Positions 1 to 10,241 are shown, counted from the first letter of the whole stretch. The stretch: 59,250 nt of DNA, filler included, from 6 parts of 6 records of this genome joined end to end with filler, not necessarily neighbours in it; one strand, 5' to 3'. Notes: a model not told the origin generated them from the letters alone. Translations and numbers: made by a program.

Positions 1-1
1 G

Positions 2-1018
2 TTCTGCGTGATCGGCGAGCGGATCAACCCAACGGGCCGCAAAGTTTTGAATGAAGAGCTAGAGCGCGGCGATTTCAGCCGCGTCGAGGCCGATGCGCTG
101 GCGCAAGTGGCCGCTGGCGCCACTGTGCTGGATATCAACTCGGGCGCGGTGTTTTCGGGCAAAATGGCCGAAGATCCCCGCTATGCCGATAACAATTTTG
201 TGGAACCCACGCTGATGAAACAGCTGGTGGAAACGGTGCAGGCCGTGGTGGATGTGCCGCTGTGCATCGACAGCTCGGTGCCCGGCGCGCTAGAGGCGGG
301 GCTGGCCGCGGCGCATGGCCGCCCGCTGTTGAACTCGGTCACTGGCGAGGAAGAGCGGCTAGAGTTGGTGCTGCCGCTGGTGAAAAAATATAACGTGCCG
401 GTCGTGGCCATTTCCAACGATGACACTGGCATTTCCGAAGACCCCGATGTGCGCTTTGCCGTGGCCAAGAAAATTGTCGAGCGCGCGGCTGATTTCGGTA
501 TTCCTGCCCATGATATCGTGGTCGATCCGCTGGTGATGCCAATCGGCGCCATGGGCACAGCCGGGCTGCAGGTGTTTACCCTGGTGCGGCGCCTGCGCGA
601 AGAATTGGGCGTCAACACCACCTGTGGCGCCTCGAATATCAGCTTTGGCCTGCCAAACCGCCATGGGATCAATAATGCGTTTTTGCCCATGGCCATGGGC
701 GCCGGTATGACCAGCGCCATCATGAACCCGGTGGCGCTGCCTGTTGGCCCCAAGGCGATTGCGGAAAAGAAAGCCCAGGTCGAGGCATCGGGCATTATTC
801 TGCCCGCCGATATGGATGATGAAACCTTCGTCACCCTGTTTGGCCTGGGCTCGACCAAGCCGCGCCCCGGCAAGGAAATGGAGGCCATCCGCGCAGCCAA
901 CTTCCTGACCAACAATGACGAGGGCGGGGCGGAATGGATCCGCTTTAACAAACCTGCCGGTTCGGGCGGGGATGGCCGCGCAGCCGGTGGCCGCCGCGGT
1001 GGCCGCCGCGGCCGCTAA
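2..1018 (+). CDS. Pterin-binding methyltetrahydrofolate:corrinoid methyltransferase (stand-alone MetH pterin domain / AcsE-like), 5' truncated by window edge
   Basis: IGERINPTG, LDIN, PLCIDSS, LLNSV, VVDPLV and GASNISFGLP motifs of the DHPS-like pterin-binding barrel; the frame is open from position 2. Confidence 0.85.
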   Translation, partial: FCVIGERINPTGRKVLNEELERGDFSRVEADALAQVAAGATVLDINSGAVFSGKMAEDPRYADNNFVEPTLMKQLVETVQAVVDVPLCIDSSVPGALEAGLAAAHGRPLLNSVTGEEERLELVLPLVKKYNVPVVAISNDDTGISEDPDVRFAVAKKIVERAADFGIPAHDIVVDPLVMPIGAMGTAGLQVFTLVRRLREELGVNTTCGASNISFGLPNRHGINNAFLPMAMGAGMTSAIMNPVALPVGPKAIAEKKAQVEASGIILPADMDDETFVTLFGLGSTKPRPGKEMEAIRAANFLTNNDEGGAEWIRFNKPAGSGGDGRAAGGRRGGRRGR

Positions 1019-1033
1019 GCCTGCGTTTGACCG

Positions 1034-1071
1034 AAAAAAAGGCCCTGCCACGGCTGTGGTGGGGCCTTTTT
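1034..1071. terminator. Bidirectional intrinsic terminator
   Basis: A7-GGCCCTGCCAC/GTGGTGGGGCC-T5 hairpin between convergent genes. Confidence 0.8.
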
Positions 1072-1085
1072 CGTGCACGCGGGCG

Positions 1086-1697
1086 TTACAGCAGCGCCTG
1101 ATCGCGCGCCAGCATAGCGGCATGGGTGCGGTTGCGCGCCTGTAATTTGCGGCAAATCGTTTTCACATGCAGCTTGATCGTGACTTCCTGAATATCCAGG
1201 TTGCGGGCGATTTCCTTGTTGGATTGTCCTGCGCTGATGCCGCGCAACACATCGGTTTCGCGCGGTGTCAGCCCGCTTGCCGGGCCGCGCGCGCCCGGGG
1301 CTGGCGCAAAGAACTCATCGGGGCGAAACACCTCGCCTGACTTCATCTGTGCGATGGCCGCAATCATACAATCTGGCCCGATGGTTTTGGGCACAAAGCC
1401 GCAGGCGCCCCCCGCCAGGGCACGGCGCGCCACCTCGGGCGGGGCTGTGCCAGACAACAGCGCCACGGGCTGCTGTGCATTGGCCTCGATCGCGCGCTGC
1501 AAGCCCGAGGGCAAGCTCATGCCCGGCATGGTGTAATCCAACAGCACCAGATCAAAGGGGCCAGTTTCTGCGATCATGTTCAGCGCCATGGGCAGGGAAT
1601 TGGCCTGAAATACCTGGTCCCCCGTTGCCGCAGACACATAGCGCGCCAGTGCGGCGCGCACCAAAACATGATCATCTGCGATCAAAATTTTCGCCAT
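1086..1697 (-). CDS. NarL/LuxR-family response regulator
   Basis: REC domain (ILIADDH, LLDYTMP, FVPK) plus LuxR HTH (LTPRETDVL...GQSNKEIA...TIKLHV). Confidence 0.92.
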   Translation of the reverse strand: MAKILIADDHVLVRAALARYVSAATGDQVFQANSLPMALNMIAETGPFDLVLLDYTMPGMSLPSGLQRAIEANAQQPVALLSGTAPPEVARRALAGGACGFVPKTIGPDCMIAAIAQMKSGEVFRPDEFFAPAPGARGPASGLTPRETDVLRGISAGQSNKEIARNLDIQEVTIKLHVKTICRKLQARNRTHAAMLARDQALL

Positions 1698-1834
1698 AGC
1701 GCAGAAACTATCCTATTCCTTGGTATAGGCTGTATATGGCATAAATGCGTAAATGGTTTCCATAAGTATATTGCCAGTGCGTGGCGCGGGGCCATCTACG
1801 TGTGGTTTTTCGAGTAATATTTTGGCGTCTTTTT

Positions 1835-4333
1835 ATGTTTTCACCTGAGCCACCCAAAAAACCGCCTTTGCGCCGGGGCACGATGCCCATCGTTTTTCTA
1901 TCGGTCTCGATTTTTCTTTTGGTTGTTGGCACGTCGGTGCTGTTGATGCGCAGCGCCACAGAGCTGCGTAAATTGGCCACCTCGAGCGCTGACAGCATTA
2001 TCTGGACGGTGTCGCAAGCCGAGGTGGACTATCTGACATTGCTGAACGTGCTAGAGCGCAGCCCAGATGCCATTGATCTGGCCCAGTTGCGCAGCCATGC
2101 AGATGTATTTTACAGCCGCGTGTCGATTTTAAATTCTGCCCCCGTCTACCAAGAGGCTGTGCAGCGCGCCGGGCGCCAAACCGAGGTGCAGCGCGTTTTA
2201 GGGGTGATGAATGGGCTGTTACCGGTGCTCGACGGGCCAGATGATGCGCTGCGGGCGGCGATTGGGGCGCAGCTTTTGCCCGCTATGCAAACGCTGCATC
2301 CAGATTTGCGCCAAATCGCCACCTCTGTGGTCAGCGCCACCGCCCAGATCGAACAGGCCTTTCGCCTGCGTCTTTTCGGGCTGCTGCGCAGCGTGGCCCT
2401 GGTGGCGGGGTTCTTGGTGCTGGCCCTGGGGCTGTTTGCCTTTGTCTATTGGCGGTTGTTCAAATATGCCCGTCTAAAGGCCGCTGTGGCACGGCAAACG
2501 GGGCGGCATCTATCAACCATCGTCACCACCTCGAAAGATGCGATTGTTGTCACCGACGCGGCAGATCGGATCACCGAATTCAATGCTGCCGCGCAAATGA
2601 TGTTTGGCCGCGCGCGCGCCACTGTGTTGGGGCGCCGCTTTGCACATCTGTGCCAGTTCGACGAGGCCGCGGCCTGGGCGGGCACGCACCGGGTGCGCGG
2701 CATTCATGCCAATGGCCATGATCTGGCGCTTGAAATGACCCGCGGCGTTGACCGGCAGGGCAGGGGCATGGTGAAGGTGTATGTGCTGCGCGATATCGGC
2801 TATCGGCTGCGCATCGAAGAAGACCTGCGCGAAAGCCGCGACAAAGCGCTAAGCGGCGAGCAGGCCAAAGCCCGGTTTTTGGCGGTGATGAGCCATGAAA
2901 TGCGCACGCCCCTGAATGGCATTTTGGGGGTGGTCGGGCTGCTGCGCGATGAATTGCGCGATCAAAACATGGGCCATTATCTGGATGTTTTGGAAAACTC
3001 TGGCGATATTTTGCTGGGCCATATCAACGACGTGCTGGATATCACCCAGATCGAGGCGCGCGCCTTGGTGCTGTCGCCGCAGCCTGTGCAAATTGCGCGG
3101 TTGTGCCAATCTGTGGTGGAAAATCTGCGCCCCAGTGCCACGGCCAAAGGGCTGGCGCTGCAGCTTGATGTGCACAACCCCAGCGGCGCGGCCGTTATGG
3201 CCGATAGCCAGCGTATGCGCCAAATTCTGACCAATTTGTTAAGTAACGCGGTGAAATACACCGAAACTGGCCAGATCTTGGTCGAGGTGGTGGTGCCAGC
3301 GCCTGATGCGGCGCAGATGGTGGAAATACAGGTGTCAGATACCGGCATTGGCATTCCCCAGGCGCAGCTTAGCCGCATTTTCGATGATTTCGTGCGCCTT
3401 GATTTGCCAAAGGGCATGCAGGCGCAGGGCACGGGGCTGGGCCTGGGCATTACACGGCGTATCGTGCAGGCCATGGGCGGCACGATCGGTGTGGAAAGCG
3501 AATTGGGCCAGGGCAGCATGTTTTGGGTGCGCCTGCCCTTGCCGCGGGCAGTGCAGCACGACAGCGCCGCCGCCCCTGCGCCTGTGGGGCCCGCGGGTGG
3601 GCGGGCGCTGCGTGTGCTGGTGGTTGAAGATAACCCGATCAACCAATTTGTTTTGGGGGAAATGCTGCGCAAAGATGGCCATTCGGTGGTGCTGGCGGAA
3701 AATGGGGCAAAGGGCGTAGAGGCGGCAGAGAAAGAGGCGTTTGATTTGGTGCTGATGGATCTTTCCATGCCGGTCATGGGGGGGATCGAGGCCACCGAGC
3801 GGCTGCGCGCCGGCACAGGGCCATCGGCCAAAACCCGTATTGTTGCGATCACCGCGCATGTGTTTGCCAGCGAAAGCATGGCGTGCCGGGCCGCGGGGTT
3901 TGACCAGGTGATGACCAAGCCCTTAACCCGTGAAAGCCTGCGCCAATTGGTGGCGGGGCTGCCTGCACCTGCGCCCAACACGCAGGCGGCACCGGTTGTG
4001 GATCGAAGTGTGTTGGCGGTTTTGGCCGAATTAATGGGCCCCGAGGCGCTGGCCGAAGGGCTGGCAGGCCTGGCCCGCGAGGGGGCGCAGCTGGCCGATG
4101 CCTTGCGCGCCAATAACACCGATCACCGCCAATTGGCGGCGATGGTGCATGGGTTTGCTGGCATGGCTGCCACCTATGGCGCGCGGCGGTTGCATGGGCT
4201 TTTGGTGCAGTTTGAGACCGCGCTAGAAACCCACAGCCAACCCCCGCCGCTTGACGCCTTTACCACCCTGCTGGATGAAACCACGCAGCTTTTGGCGCTG
4301 TTGCGCCCACAGGCCACACCCGCCAGCTTATAG
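1835..4333 (+). CDS. Membrane hybrid sensor histidine kinase (PAS-HisKA-HATPase-REC-Hpt)
   Basis: Two hydrophobic segments, MSHEMRTPLNG H-box, NAVKYT, DTGIGI, GTGLGL, REC (VEDN, LMDLSMP), C-terminal Hpt-like VHGFAG. Start uncertain (1781/1835/1883). Confidence 0.9.
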   Translation: MFSPEPPKKPPLRRGTMPIVFLSVSIFLLVVGTSVLLMRSATELRKLATSSADSIIWTVSQAEVDYLTLLNVLERSPDAIDLAQLRSHADVFYSRVSILNSAPVYQEAVQRAGRQTEVQRVLGVMNGLLPVLDGPDDALRAAIGAQLLPAMQTLHPDLRQIATSVVSATAQIEQAFRLRLFGLLRSVALVAGFLVLALGLFAFVYWRLFKYARLKAAVARQTGRHLSTIVTTSKDAIVVTDAADRITEFNAAAQMMFGRARATVLGRRFAHLCQFDEAAAWAGTHRVRGIHANGHDLALEMTRGVDRQGRGMVKVYVLRDIGYRLRIEEDLRESRDKALSGEQAKARFLAVMSHEMRTPLNGILGVVGLLRDELRDQNMGHYLDVLENSGDILLGHINDVLDITQIEARALVLSPQPVQIARLCQSVVENLRPSATAKGLALQLDVHNPSGAAVMADSQRMRQILTNLLSNAVKYTETGQILVEVVVPAPDAAQMVEIQVSDTGIGIPQAQLSRIFDDFVRLDLPKGMQAQGTGLGLGITRRIVQAMGGTIGVESELGQGSMFWVRLPLPRAVQHDSAAAPAPVGPAGGRALRVLVVEDNPINQFVLGEMLRKDGHSVVLAENGAKGVEAAEKEAFDLVLMDLSMPVMGGIEATERLRAGTGPSAKTRIVAITAHVFASESMACRAAGFDQVMTKPLTRESLRQLVAGLPAPAPNTQAAPVVDRSVLAVLAELMGPEALAEGLAGLAREGAQLADALRANNTDHRQLAAMVHGFAGMAATYGARRLHGLLVQFETALETHSQPPPLDAFTTLLDETTQLLALLRPQATPASL

Positions 4334-6175
4334 GCGCTGCGCCAAAGTGGCAAAATCCAGCTGAAATTGCTTTGGGTCGGTGGGCATTTCGCCATCTAGC
4401 AGGCGGGCCTGTTCAAACAATATGCGGCAAGCCGCTGCTTGAACGTCGCCCTCTAACGTGCTGATTTTTCCAACAAGATCATGGCCTGCATTGATTTCCA
4501 GAACCTTTTTACTGCCCTCGAATTCGGGGTTTTGGGCCTTTAAAATGCGCTCTAGGTTGAAATCCAGCCCGCCGCTGCCGGCCACCAGCCGGGCCGGGCT
4601 GTTGACCAATTTATCGCTGGCGCGCACATCCTCGACCATGTCGCCCAAAGCGGCCTTGATCGCCGCCACCGCGCGGGTGCCAAGGGCTGCATCGGCAGGC
4701 GTATTGGCGCGGGCCTCGGTATCGGCAAATTGCGACAAATCGAATTCATCGCGCGCGATCGAGACAAAGGATTTGCCTTTGAACTGGCCCATCTGCGCGA
4801 TCCAGAAGGCATCGATCGGGTCTGTCATCAGCAAAACATCCAGATCCTTGGCTTTGAACGCCTCAAGATGCGGGCTGGCCACGGCCTGTTTCAAACTATC
4901 GGCGCTAAGCACATAAATGCTGTCCTGGCCCTCGGGCATCGCATCTATATAGGATTGCAGCGATATCATCTTTTCGTGCTTCATCGACCGCACCAAGATG
5001 ATTTCGGCAATTTTCTCGCGGTTGTCCGCGTCTTCGTATAGGCCCTCTTTCAGCACCTTGCCAAATTGTGCCCAAAACGCCCCATAGGCATCGCCATCTT
5101 TGGCGTGTTTCTTTTTCAGCTCGCTCAGCACCCGTTTGGTGATGGATTTTGAAATTTTGCGGATCACCGGGCTTTGCTGCACCAATTCGCGGCTGACGTT
5201 CAGATCTAGGCTGGTGGTGTCTAGCACCCCTTGCACAAACCGCAGCCAGCTGGGCAACAGCCCGTCTACGTCTTGGCTGATGAAGACGCGGTTGATGTAA
5301 AGGCGCAGCTTGGTTTTACGCTCGGGCTCATAAAGATCAAAAGGCGCGGTGCCGGGCACGTATAAAAGCGTGGTAAATTCCAGCGTGCCTTCGGTTTTGT
5401 TGTGAATGTGCAAAAAGGGCGTATCAAAGGCGCCAAAGGTGGATTGGTAGAATTCGCTATAATCTTCTGCGCTTAGATCTGCGGGCGCGCGCGCCCATAG
5501 CGCTTGGGCGGAATTGGCCTGTTCAGGCGGCCCGTCATTGCTTTGCAGCAAAATTGGCACTGTGATGTGATCAGAATACTTCTTGATCAAGCCTTTTATC
5601 ACCGTGGCATCAGCGTAATCTTTGGCATCTTTGCGCAGGCTTAACCGCAGGCTGGTGCCGATGGCGGGCGTGTCTGTGCAGGGGGTTATTGTGTAGCCGC
5701 TCATGCCATCGCTTTGCCAAATATGGCCAGTGTCTGTACCCGCTTTGCGGGTTGTTACCGTTACCTGTTCGGCCACCATGAAGGCCGAATAAAAGCCCAC
5801 GCCGAATTGCCCAATCAGGGTTTTGGCCGCGTCTTTTGCCTGCGATTGATCGGCCATATCCCCCAAAAACGCCGCCGTGCCCGAACGCGCGATCGTGCCC
5901 AATGTTTGGGTCAATTCTTCCGCGTCCAGCCCAATGCCGGTGTCGGTGATGGTGAGGGTTTTTTGTTTTGCATCCAGCGTCACGATAATCTCGTCGCGCC
6001 CCTCGTTCAGCAGGGCTGCGGTGCTTTGGCCCAGCAATTTGCGCTTGTGAATGGCATCTGATGCGTTCGACAGCAATTCGCGCAGGAAAATATCGCGATC
6101 TGAATACAGCGAGTTGATGACGATATTCAGGATTTTCCCGGTATCGGCGGTAAAATCATGCGTTTGAGCGGTCAT
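4328..6175 (-). CDS. htpG: Chaperone HtpG (Hsp90)
   Basis: FLRELLSNASDA, DTGIG, LGTIARSGT, IGQFGVGFYSAF, LNVSRE; GGAGG RBS upstream. Confidence 0.97.
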   Translation of the reverse strand: MTAQTHDFTADTGKILNIVINSLYSDRDIFLRELLSNASDAIHKRKLLGQSTAALLNEGRDEIIVTLDAKQKTLTITDTGIGLDAEELTQTLGTIARSGTAAFLGDMADQSQAKDAAKTLIGQFGVGFYSAFMVAEQVTVTTRKAGTDTGHIWQSDGMSGYTITPCTDTPAIGTSLRLSLRKDAKDYADATVIKGLIKKYSDHITVPILLQSNDGPPEQANSAQALWARAPADLSAEDYSEFYQSTFGAFDTPFLHIHNKTEGTLEFTTLLYVPGTAPFDLYEPERKTKLRLYINRVFISQDVDGLLPSWLRFVQGVLDTTSLDLNVSRELVQQSPVIRKISKSITKRVLSELKKKHAKDGDAYGAFWAQFGKVLKEGLYEDADNREKIAEIILVRSMKHEKMISLQSYIDAMPEGQDSIYVLSADSLKQAVASPHLEAFKAKDLDVLLMTDPIDAFWIAQMGQFKGKSFVSIARDEFDLSQFADTEARANTPADAALGTRAVAAIKAALGDMVEDVRASDKLVNSPARLVAGSGGLDFNLERILKAQNPEFEGSKKVLEINAGHDLVGKISTLEGDVQAAACRILFEQARLLDGEMPTDPKQFQLDFATLAQRL

Positions 6176-6327
6176 TTGATCCTCCTTTTCGCTGGCGCGG
6201 ATTTAGGCACTGGGTGTCACAAATCAAGGATCGGCCACAAGGGCCCTGGCCCATAAAGCGGTTTGTGCCGGGCAGGGCCTTGGGGCATTGTGGGGCCAAG
6301 ATGAGCAGCCACGGGGAACCGCGCAAA

Positions 6328-7923
6328 ATGCAGGTAAAAAGCTATCACGCCTATCCGTCGCGCCGCAGCGCTGTTTTGGCGCGCAACGTTGTGGCCACCA
6401 GCCAGCCTTTGGCGGCACAGGCGGGTTTGGGCATTTTGGCGCAGGGCGGCAATGCGGTGGATGCCGCGATTGCCACCGCAGCCGCCCTTTGCGTGGTGGA
6501 ACCCACAGGAAATGGCCTGGGATCTGATGCCTTTGCCATTTTGTGGGATGGCACGCAGCTGCATGGCTTGAACGCCTCGGGGCGCGCCCCCGCGGGCTGG
6601 TGGCCCCAGCGCTTTGCCGGGCTGAAAGAGATGCCTTTTTGGGGCTGGGAAGCCGTAACAGTGCCCGGCGCCGTTTCAGGCTGGGTGGCCATGTGGGAGA
6701 AATTTGGCAGTTTGCCCTTTGAAACCTTGCTTGGGCCCGCAATATCCTATGCGGAAAACGGTTTTGCCGTCTCGCCCGTGATTGCTGATTTATGGGCGCG
6801 GGGGGCTGCGCAACTGGCCAATCAGCCAGGGTTTTCGGATGTTTTCATGCCAAATGGCGCTGCACCGAAAGCGGGGCAATGGTTTGCAAACCCCGCCCTG
6901 GGGCAAAGCCTGCGGCGCATCGCTGAAACCAAGGGCCAGGCATTTTACACCGGCGATCTGGCCGAAAAGATTGTTGATTTTGCAAAAATGCATGGTGCGG
7001 CCCTGTCGATGCAAGATCTGGCAGAGCATCGCGCCGATTGGTGCGGAACCATCTCGCAGCAATTTGGCGATGTCAGCTTGCATGAAATTCCCCCCAATGG
7101 GCAGGGCATCGCCGCGCTGATGGGGTTGGGAATTTTGCAGCACACCGGCATCGGTGATTTGCACCCAGACGACCCACAGGCGCTGCATTTGCAGATCGAG
7201 GCCATGAAACTGGCGCTGCGCGACGCCGAGGCCTATGTGGCCGACCCCGCCCATATGGCGCATGTGCGCAGCCAAGATATGCTGGACCCCAGCTATCTAA
7301 AATCGCGCGCGCAGCTGATATCGCCCAAACACGCCACCGATTTTGGCGCAGGCGCGCCCAAACGTGGCGGCACGGTTTATCTCAGCGTGGGCGATTCCGC
7401 GGGGCGGATGGTGTCGTTTATCCAGTCAAACTATGCCGGGTTTGGGGCGGGTGTTGTGGTGCCGGGAACAGGCATTCACCTGCAAAACCGCGGTGCCGGC
7501 TTTTCGCTGGATCCTGCCAGCCAAAACTATGTGGGCCCGCGTAAACGCCCGTTCCACACCATTATACCGGGGTTTTTGATGCGCAACGGCGCCCCCCTGG
7601 CCAGCTTTGGGGTGATGGGCGGCCCGATGCAGGCGCAAGGCCATGTGCAAATGACCCTGCGCACGCAGCTGTGGGGCCAAGACGTGCAGCAAGCCATAGA
7701 CGCCCCGCGCTGGCGTGTGACGCAAGGCCTAGGCGTGGCGGTGGAAACCAGCATGCCCCAAGCCACCCTGCAGCGCCTGGCCGAGATGGGCCACGCGCTG
7801 ACACCCGAGCCCCCCGATAACGCCTTTGGCTTTGGCGGTGCGCAATTTGTGCAGCGGTTGGAAAATGGCGCCTATGCCGCCGGTTCGGACCCGCGCAAAG
7901 ACGGGCAAGCGGTGGGGTTTTAA
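6328..7923 (+). CDS. ggt: Gamma-glutamyltransferase family protein
   Basis: GGNAVDAAIA, GGTVYL (catalytic Thr at the small-subunit start), QNRG, RPFHTIIP, GVMGG, GSDPRKDG. Start 6301 or 6328. Confidence 0.92.
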   Translation: MQVKSYHAYPSRRSAVLARNVVATSQPLAAQAGLGILAQGGNAVDAAIATAAALCVVEPTGNGLGSDAFAILWDGTQLHGLNASGRAPAGWWPQRFAGLKEMPFWGWEAVTVPGAVSGWVAMWEKFGSLPFETLLGPAISYAENGFAVSPVIADLWARGAAQLANQPGFSDVFMPNGAAPKAGQWFANPALGQSLRRIAETKGQAFYTGDLAEKIVDFAKMHGAALSMQDLAEHRADWCGTISQQFGDVSLHEIPPNGQGIAALMGLGILQHTGIGDLHPDDPQALHLQIEAMKLALRDAEAYVADPAHMAHVRSQDMLDPSYLKSRAQLISPKHATDFGAGAPKRGGTVYLSVGDSAGRMVSFIQSNYAGFGAGVVVPGTGIHLQNRGAGFSLDPASQNYVGPRKRPFHTIIPGFLMRNGAPLASFGVMGGPMQAQGHVQMTLRTQLWGQDVQQAIDAPRWRVTQGLGVAVETSMPQATLQRLAEMGHALTPEPPDNAFGFGGAQFVQRLENGAYAAGSDPRKDGQAVGF

Positions 7924-8098
7924 GCGCGACCGGGGCGCATGGGCCAAAGGGCAAGCGCGCCGCGAACCTATGCCAAACAGCGGACCGCAACCGCACAGTT
8001 GTCACCCCGTGCAAGCAATAGGCCAGCAGGCCGTTTCAGTGGGGAAATGGCCCTGCGGCCGGCACTGCCTGCGGAAAATAATAACGATCGTGGAATAA

Positions 8099-8117
8099 TG
8101 GTGGAGAGACAGGGATT
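8099..8117 (-). repeat. att core (duplicated tRNA-Ser 3' end)
   Basis: TGGTGGAGAGACAGGGATT matches 20275-20293 with one mismatch. Confidence 0.9.
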
Positions 8118-8176
8118 TTGTGATGTTGGGCATTTCCCCCCAATATTCATTGAAAAATAGTGATTTACAAGCAAAG

Positions 8177-8199
8177 CGTGGGTGGTAAACGTGGGTGGT
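8177..8199 (+). repeat. Tandem CGTGGGTGGT pair, putative integrase arm-type sites (left)
   Basis: Copies at 8177-8186 and 8190-8199; identical pair with the same 13-bp period at 20199-20221. Confidence 0.75.
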
Positions 8200-8272
8200 A
8201 AATGTCAAATTGATTGGTGGAGTTGCCCCCACAACGTTAGGCGCAAATGCACTGTTAGATTTAGGTTTCTAT

Positions 8273-9511
8273 ATGCCCAAATATCTCCAGAAGAGACGAC
8301 AAGGATGGTATGCAGTTCTTGAAATACCCAAGAAATTAAGAGGGGTATTTGGAAAGTCTCGGTTCAAAGAAACCTTGAAAACCCAAAGCCTCAGTGAAGC
8401 TAAGATTAGGGTCTTGGGGGTTGTTCAAGAATGGAAACAGCAGATTGAGGCGGTTAGGGGGTCGTCACAGCAGGGCAGGGGAGATGGCATCGACCCAGAT
8501 GCTTGGCGTACGGAAATACGACGACAAAAGGCCCTAGGTGCTGAGGAATGGGAAGTTGTCGATGCCTTGCGGGATGTGGCAGAAATTTTGGCCTCAGAAA
8601 CTGGTGATGATGACGCTTATGTCTCCTACTCGGTTGCTGTCGGGAAATCGGTGCTACTTTCAGAACATTTGCAGGACTACCTGAACGACACAGTTACAGA
8701 CCCCAAATCAAAGGACATGAAGTCCCGCCACCTGTTATTGTTTTTCAAGAGGTTCAAGTTGGCAGAAGATGTGAACAGCACCGCTGTCTCTGATTGGATA
8801 GAAAGTGTTCTGTTGGGTGAACTTGGTATTAGCCACAAGACCGCCAAGACATATCTTTCTACCTACAGGACTTTCTGGAGATACCTAGGCAAGAAGAAGC
8901 TGGTTCCTAAGTCTGTAGAAGCATTCACAGACGTCCTAGAAGCCCCACAGAAGCCCTTAAAGAACAAAAGGGCATACTTTACCCCAGAGGACTTTAGGCG
9001 GCTTCTAGAGGCCTCTCAGGAGGACCCCAGCTTAAATGACCTTATCAGGTTGGGGGCCTACACTGGGGCAAGGATTGAGGAAATCTGTAGCCTTAAGGTC
9101 TCCGACACCAATATTGATAAAGGGTTCTTCACCATAACTGCGTCTAAGACCGAGGCTGGGATACGACAAATCCCCATACATCCAGCTATCAAGCAACTTG
9201 TCGCTAGACTGATTGAAACCAGTAGTGATGGCTATCTGCTGTCAGGTCTCACCAATAACAAGTACGGTGACAGGTCTAATGCCATAGGCAAGAGGTTCAG
9301 TAGACTTAAGAACAGCCTAGGGTATGGCAGGGAACTAGTTTTCCACTCATTCAGGCGAGGCGTAGCCACCCAATTCGAGAGTGCCAAGGTGCCAGAGGTG
9401 CTGGCTGCAAGGATACTTGGTCACGACTTCCCTACTATGTCGTTTGGCATCTATTCAGGCGGTGCAGATATTGAAACACTTAGGGAAGCTATTGAAGTGT
9501 TAGAGTGGTGA
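8273..9511 (+). CDS. Tyrosine recombinase/integrase with DUF6538-like N-terminus
   Basis: Catalytic R-K-HxxR-H-Y: YTGARIEE, SKT, FHSFRR, LGH, GIYS; N-terminal YLQKRRQGWY...IPKKLR arm-binding-like region. Confidence 0.93.
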   Translation: MPKYLQKRRQGWYAVLEIPKKLRGVFGKSRFKETLKTQSLSEAKIRVLGVVQEWKQQIEAVRGSSQQGRGDGIDPDAWRTEIRRQKALGAEEWEVVDALRDVAEILASETGDDDAYVSYSVAVGKSVLLSEHLQDYLNDTVTDPKSKDMKSRHLLLFFKRFKLAEDVNSTAVSDWIESVLLGELGISHKTAKTYLSTYRTFWRYLGKKKLVPKSVEAFTDVLEAPQKPLKNKRAYFTPEDFRRLLEASQEDPSLNDLIRLGAYTGARIEEICSLKVSDTNIDKGFFTITASKTEAGIRQIPIHPAIKQLVARLIETSSDGYLLSGLTNNKYGDRSNAIGKRFSRLKNSLGYGRELVFHSFRRGVATQFESAKVPEVLAARILGHDFPTMSFGIYSGGADIETLREAIEVLEW

Positions 9512-9759
9512 CGACACTAGGAACCATACGGGCTAACCATCTGTCGCTGACCTGTCGGTCATGCGGGCATAATGCCCTATTAGAGGTGGCTGGGCTGCTG
9601 GAAAGGCTACCGCCAGAAACGACAGTGTAGCAGGTGCTACAGAAAGCTCGGTGTAACCGCTGCAAGGTGAAGGCTAATAGCGATTGGCAGATCATCTTTG
9701 TTGGGGGTAGCCTAGAAGCGTTGAAGGGCACCTCGTCATCAAACGCAAGCGGGAGATAA
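9508..9759 (+). pseudogene. Small zinc-ribbon protein interrupted by one in-frame TAG (9628-9630)
   Basis: GTGA overlap with the integrase stop. Translation MTTLG...CRSCGH...PETTV*QVLQKARCNRCK...GR has two CxxC pairs straddling the stop and ends 2 nt before the next start. Confidence 0.6.
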
Positions 9760-9761
9760 CC

Positions 9762-10241
9762 GTGGCAAACTGTAGAAATTGCGGAAAGAAGCTAGGGTTC
9801 TTCAATGCACCGGCGTTTGGTGACAAGGACATCTGTGTTGAATGCTTGCATGCAAACATCGAAGCGACAGATCAGACTAAGATACATGATCAAGAAATCT
9901 TAAACCGAGAGATCGCAGCAATCCTACTCACCACAGAAACAGCACCGAACGTGAACATTGTAAAACGGATAGAGATTGTGACTGCCGAGTGTGCTTACGG
10001 CATGAACATCTTCAAGGACCTTTTCTCGGGGGTTCGAGACATTGTCGGCGGTCGTTCGGAGGCAGTTCAAAAGACCATGCGAGATGCCAGACGCACTGCA
10101 CTACACGAACTCAAAAAAGAAGCCCATGCAGTAGGTGCGAACGCCGTTGTAGGCGTAGATTTGGATTACGTAGAGCTTTCAGCAGCCGGTTCGATGGTGA
10201 TGCTTGTGGCCTCGGGAACTGCAGTGAGAATTGAGACTTAA
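9762..10241 (+). CDS. YbjQ/UPF0145 heavy-metal-binding-domain protein with N-terminal CxxC...CxxC finger
   Basis: [35 protein letters not shown]-terminal CRNC...CVEC; GGGAG RBS. Confidence 0.85.
   Translation: MANCRNCGKKLGFFNAPAFGDKDICVECLHANIEATDQTKIHDQEILNREIAAILLTTETAPNVNIVKRIEIVTAECAYGMNIFKDLFSGVRDIVGGRSEAVQKTMRDARRTALHELKKEAHAVGANAVVGVDLDYVELSAAGSMVMLVASGTAVRIET

Noticed and set aside
8195-8272. Longer GTG start for the integrase
   Set aside because: It overlaps the arm-type repeats; the family-like sequence begins at MPKYLQKRR (8273)
9628-9630. Stop-codon reassignment in the island
   Set aside because: The in-frame stops are of all three types, and TAG ends intact island genes (resolvase, polymerase-like), so ordinary decay is more likely
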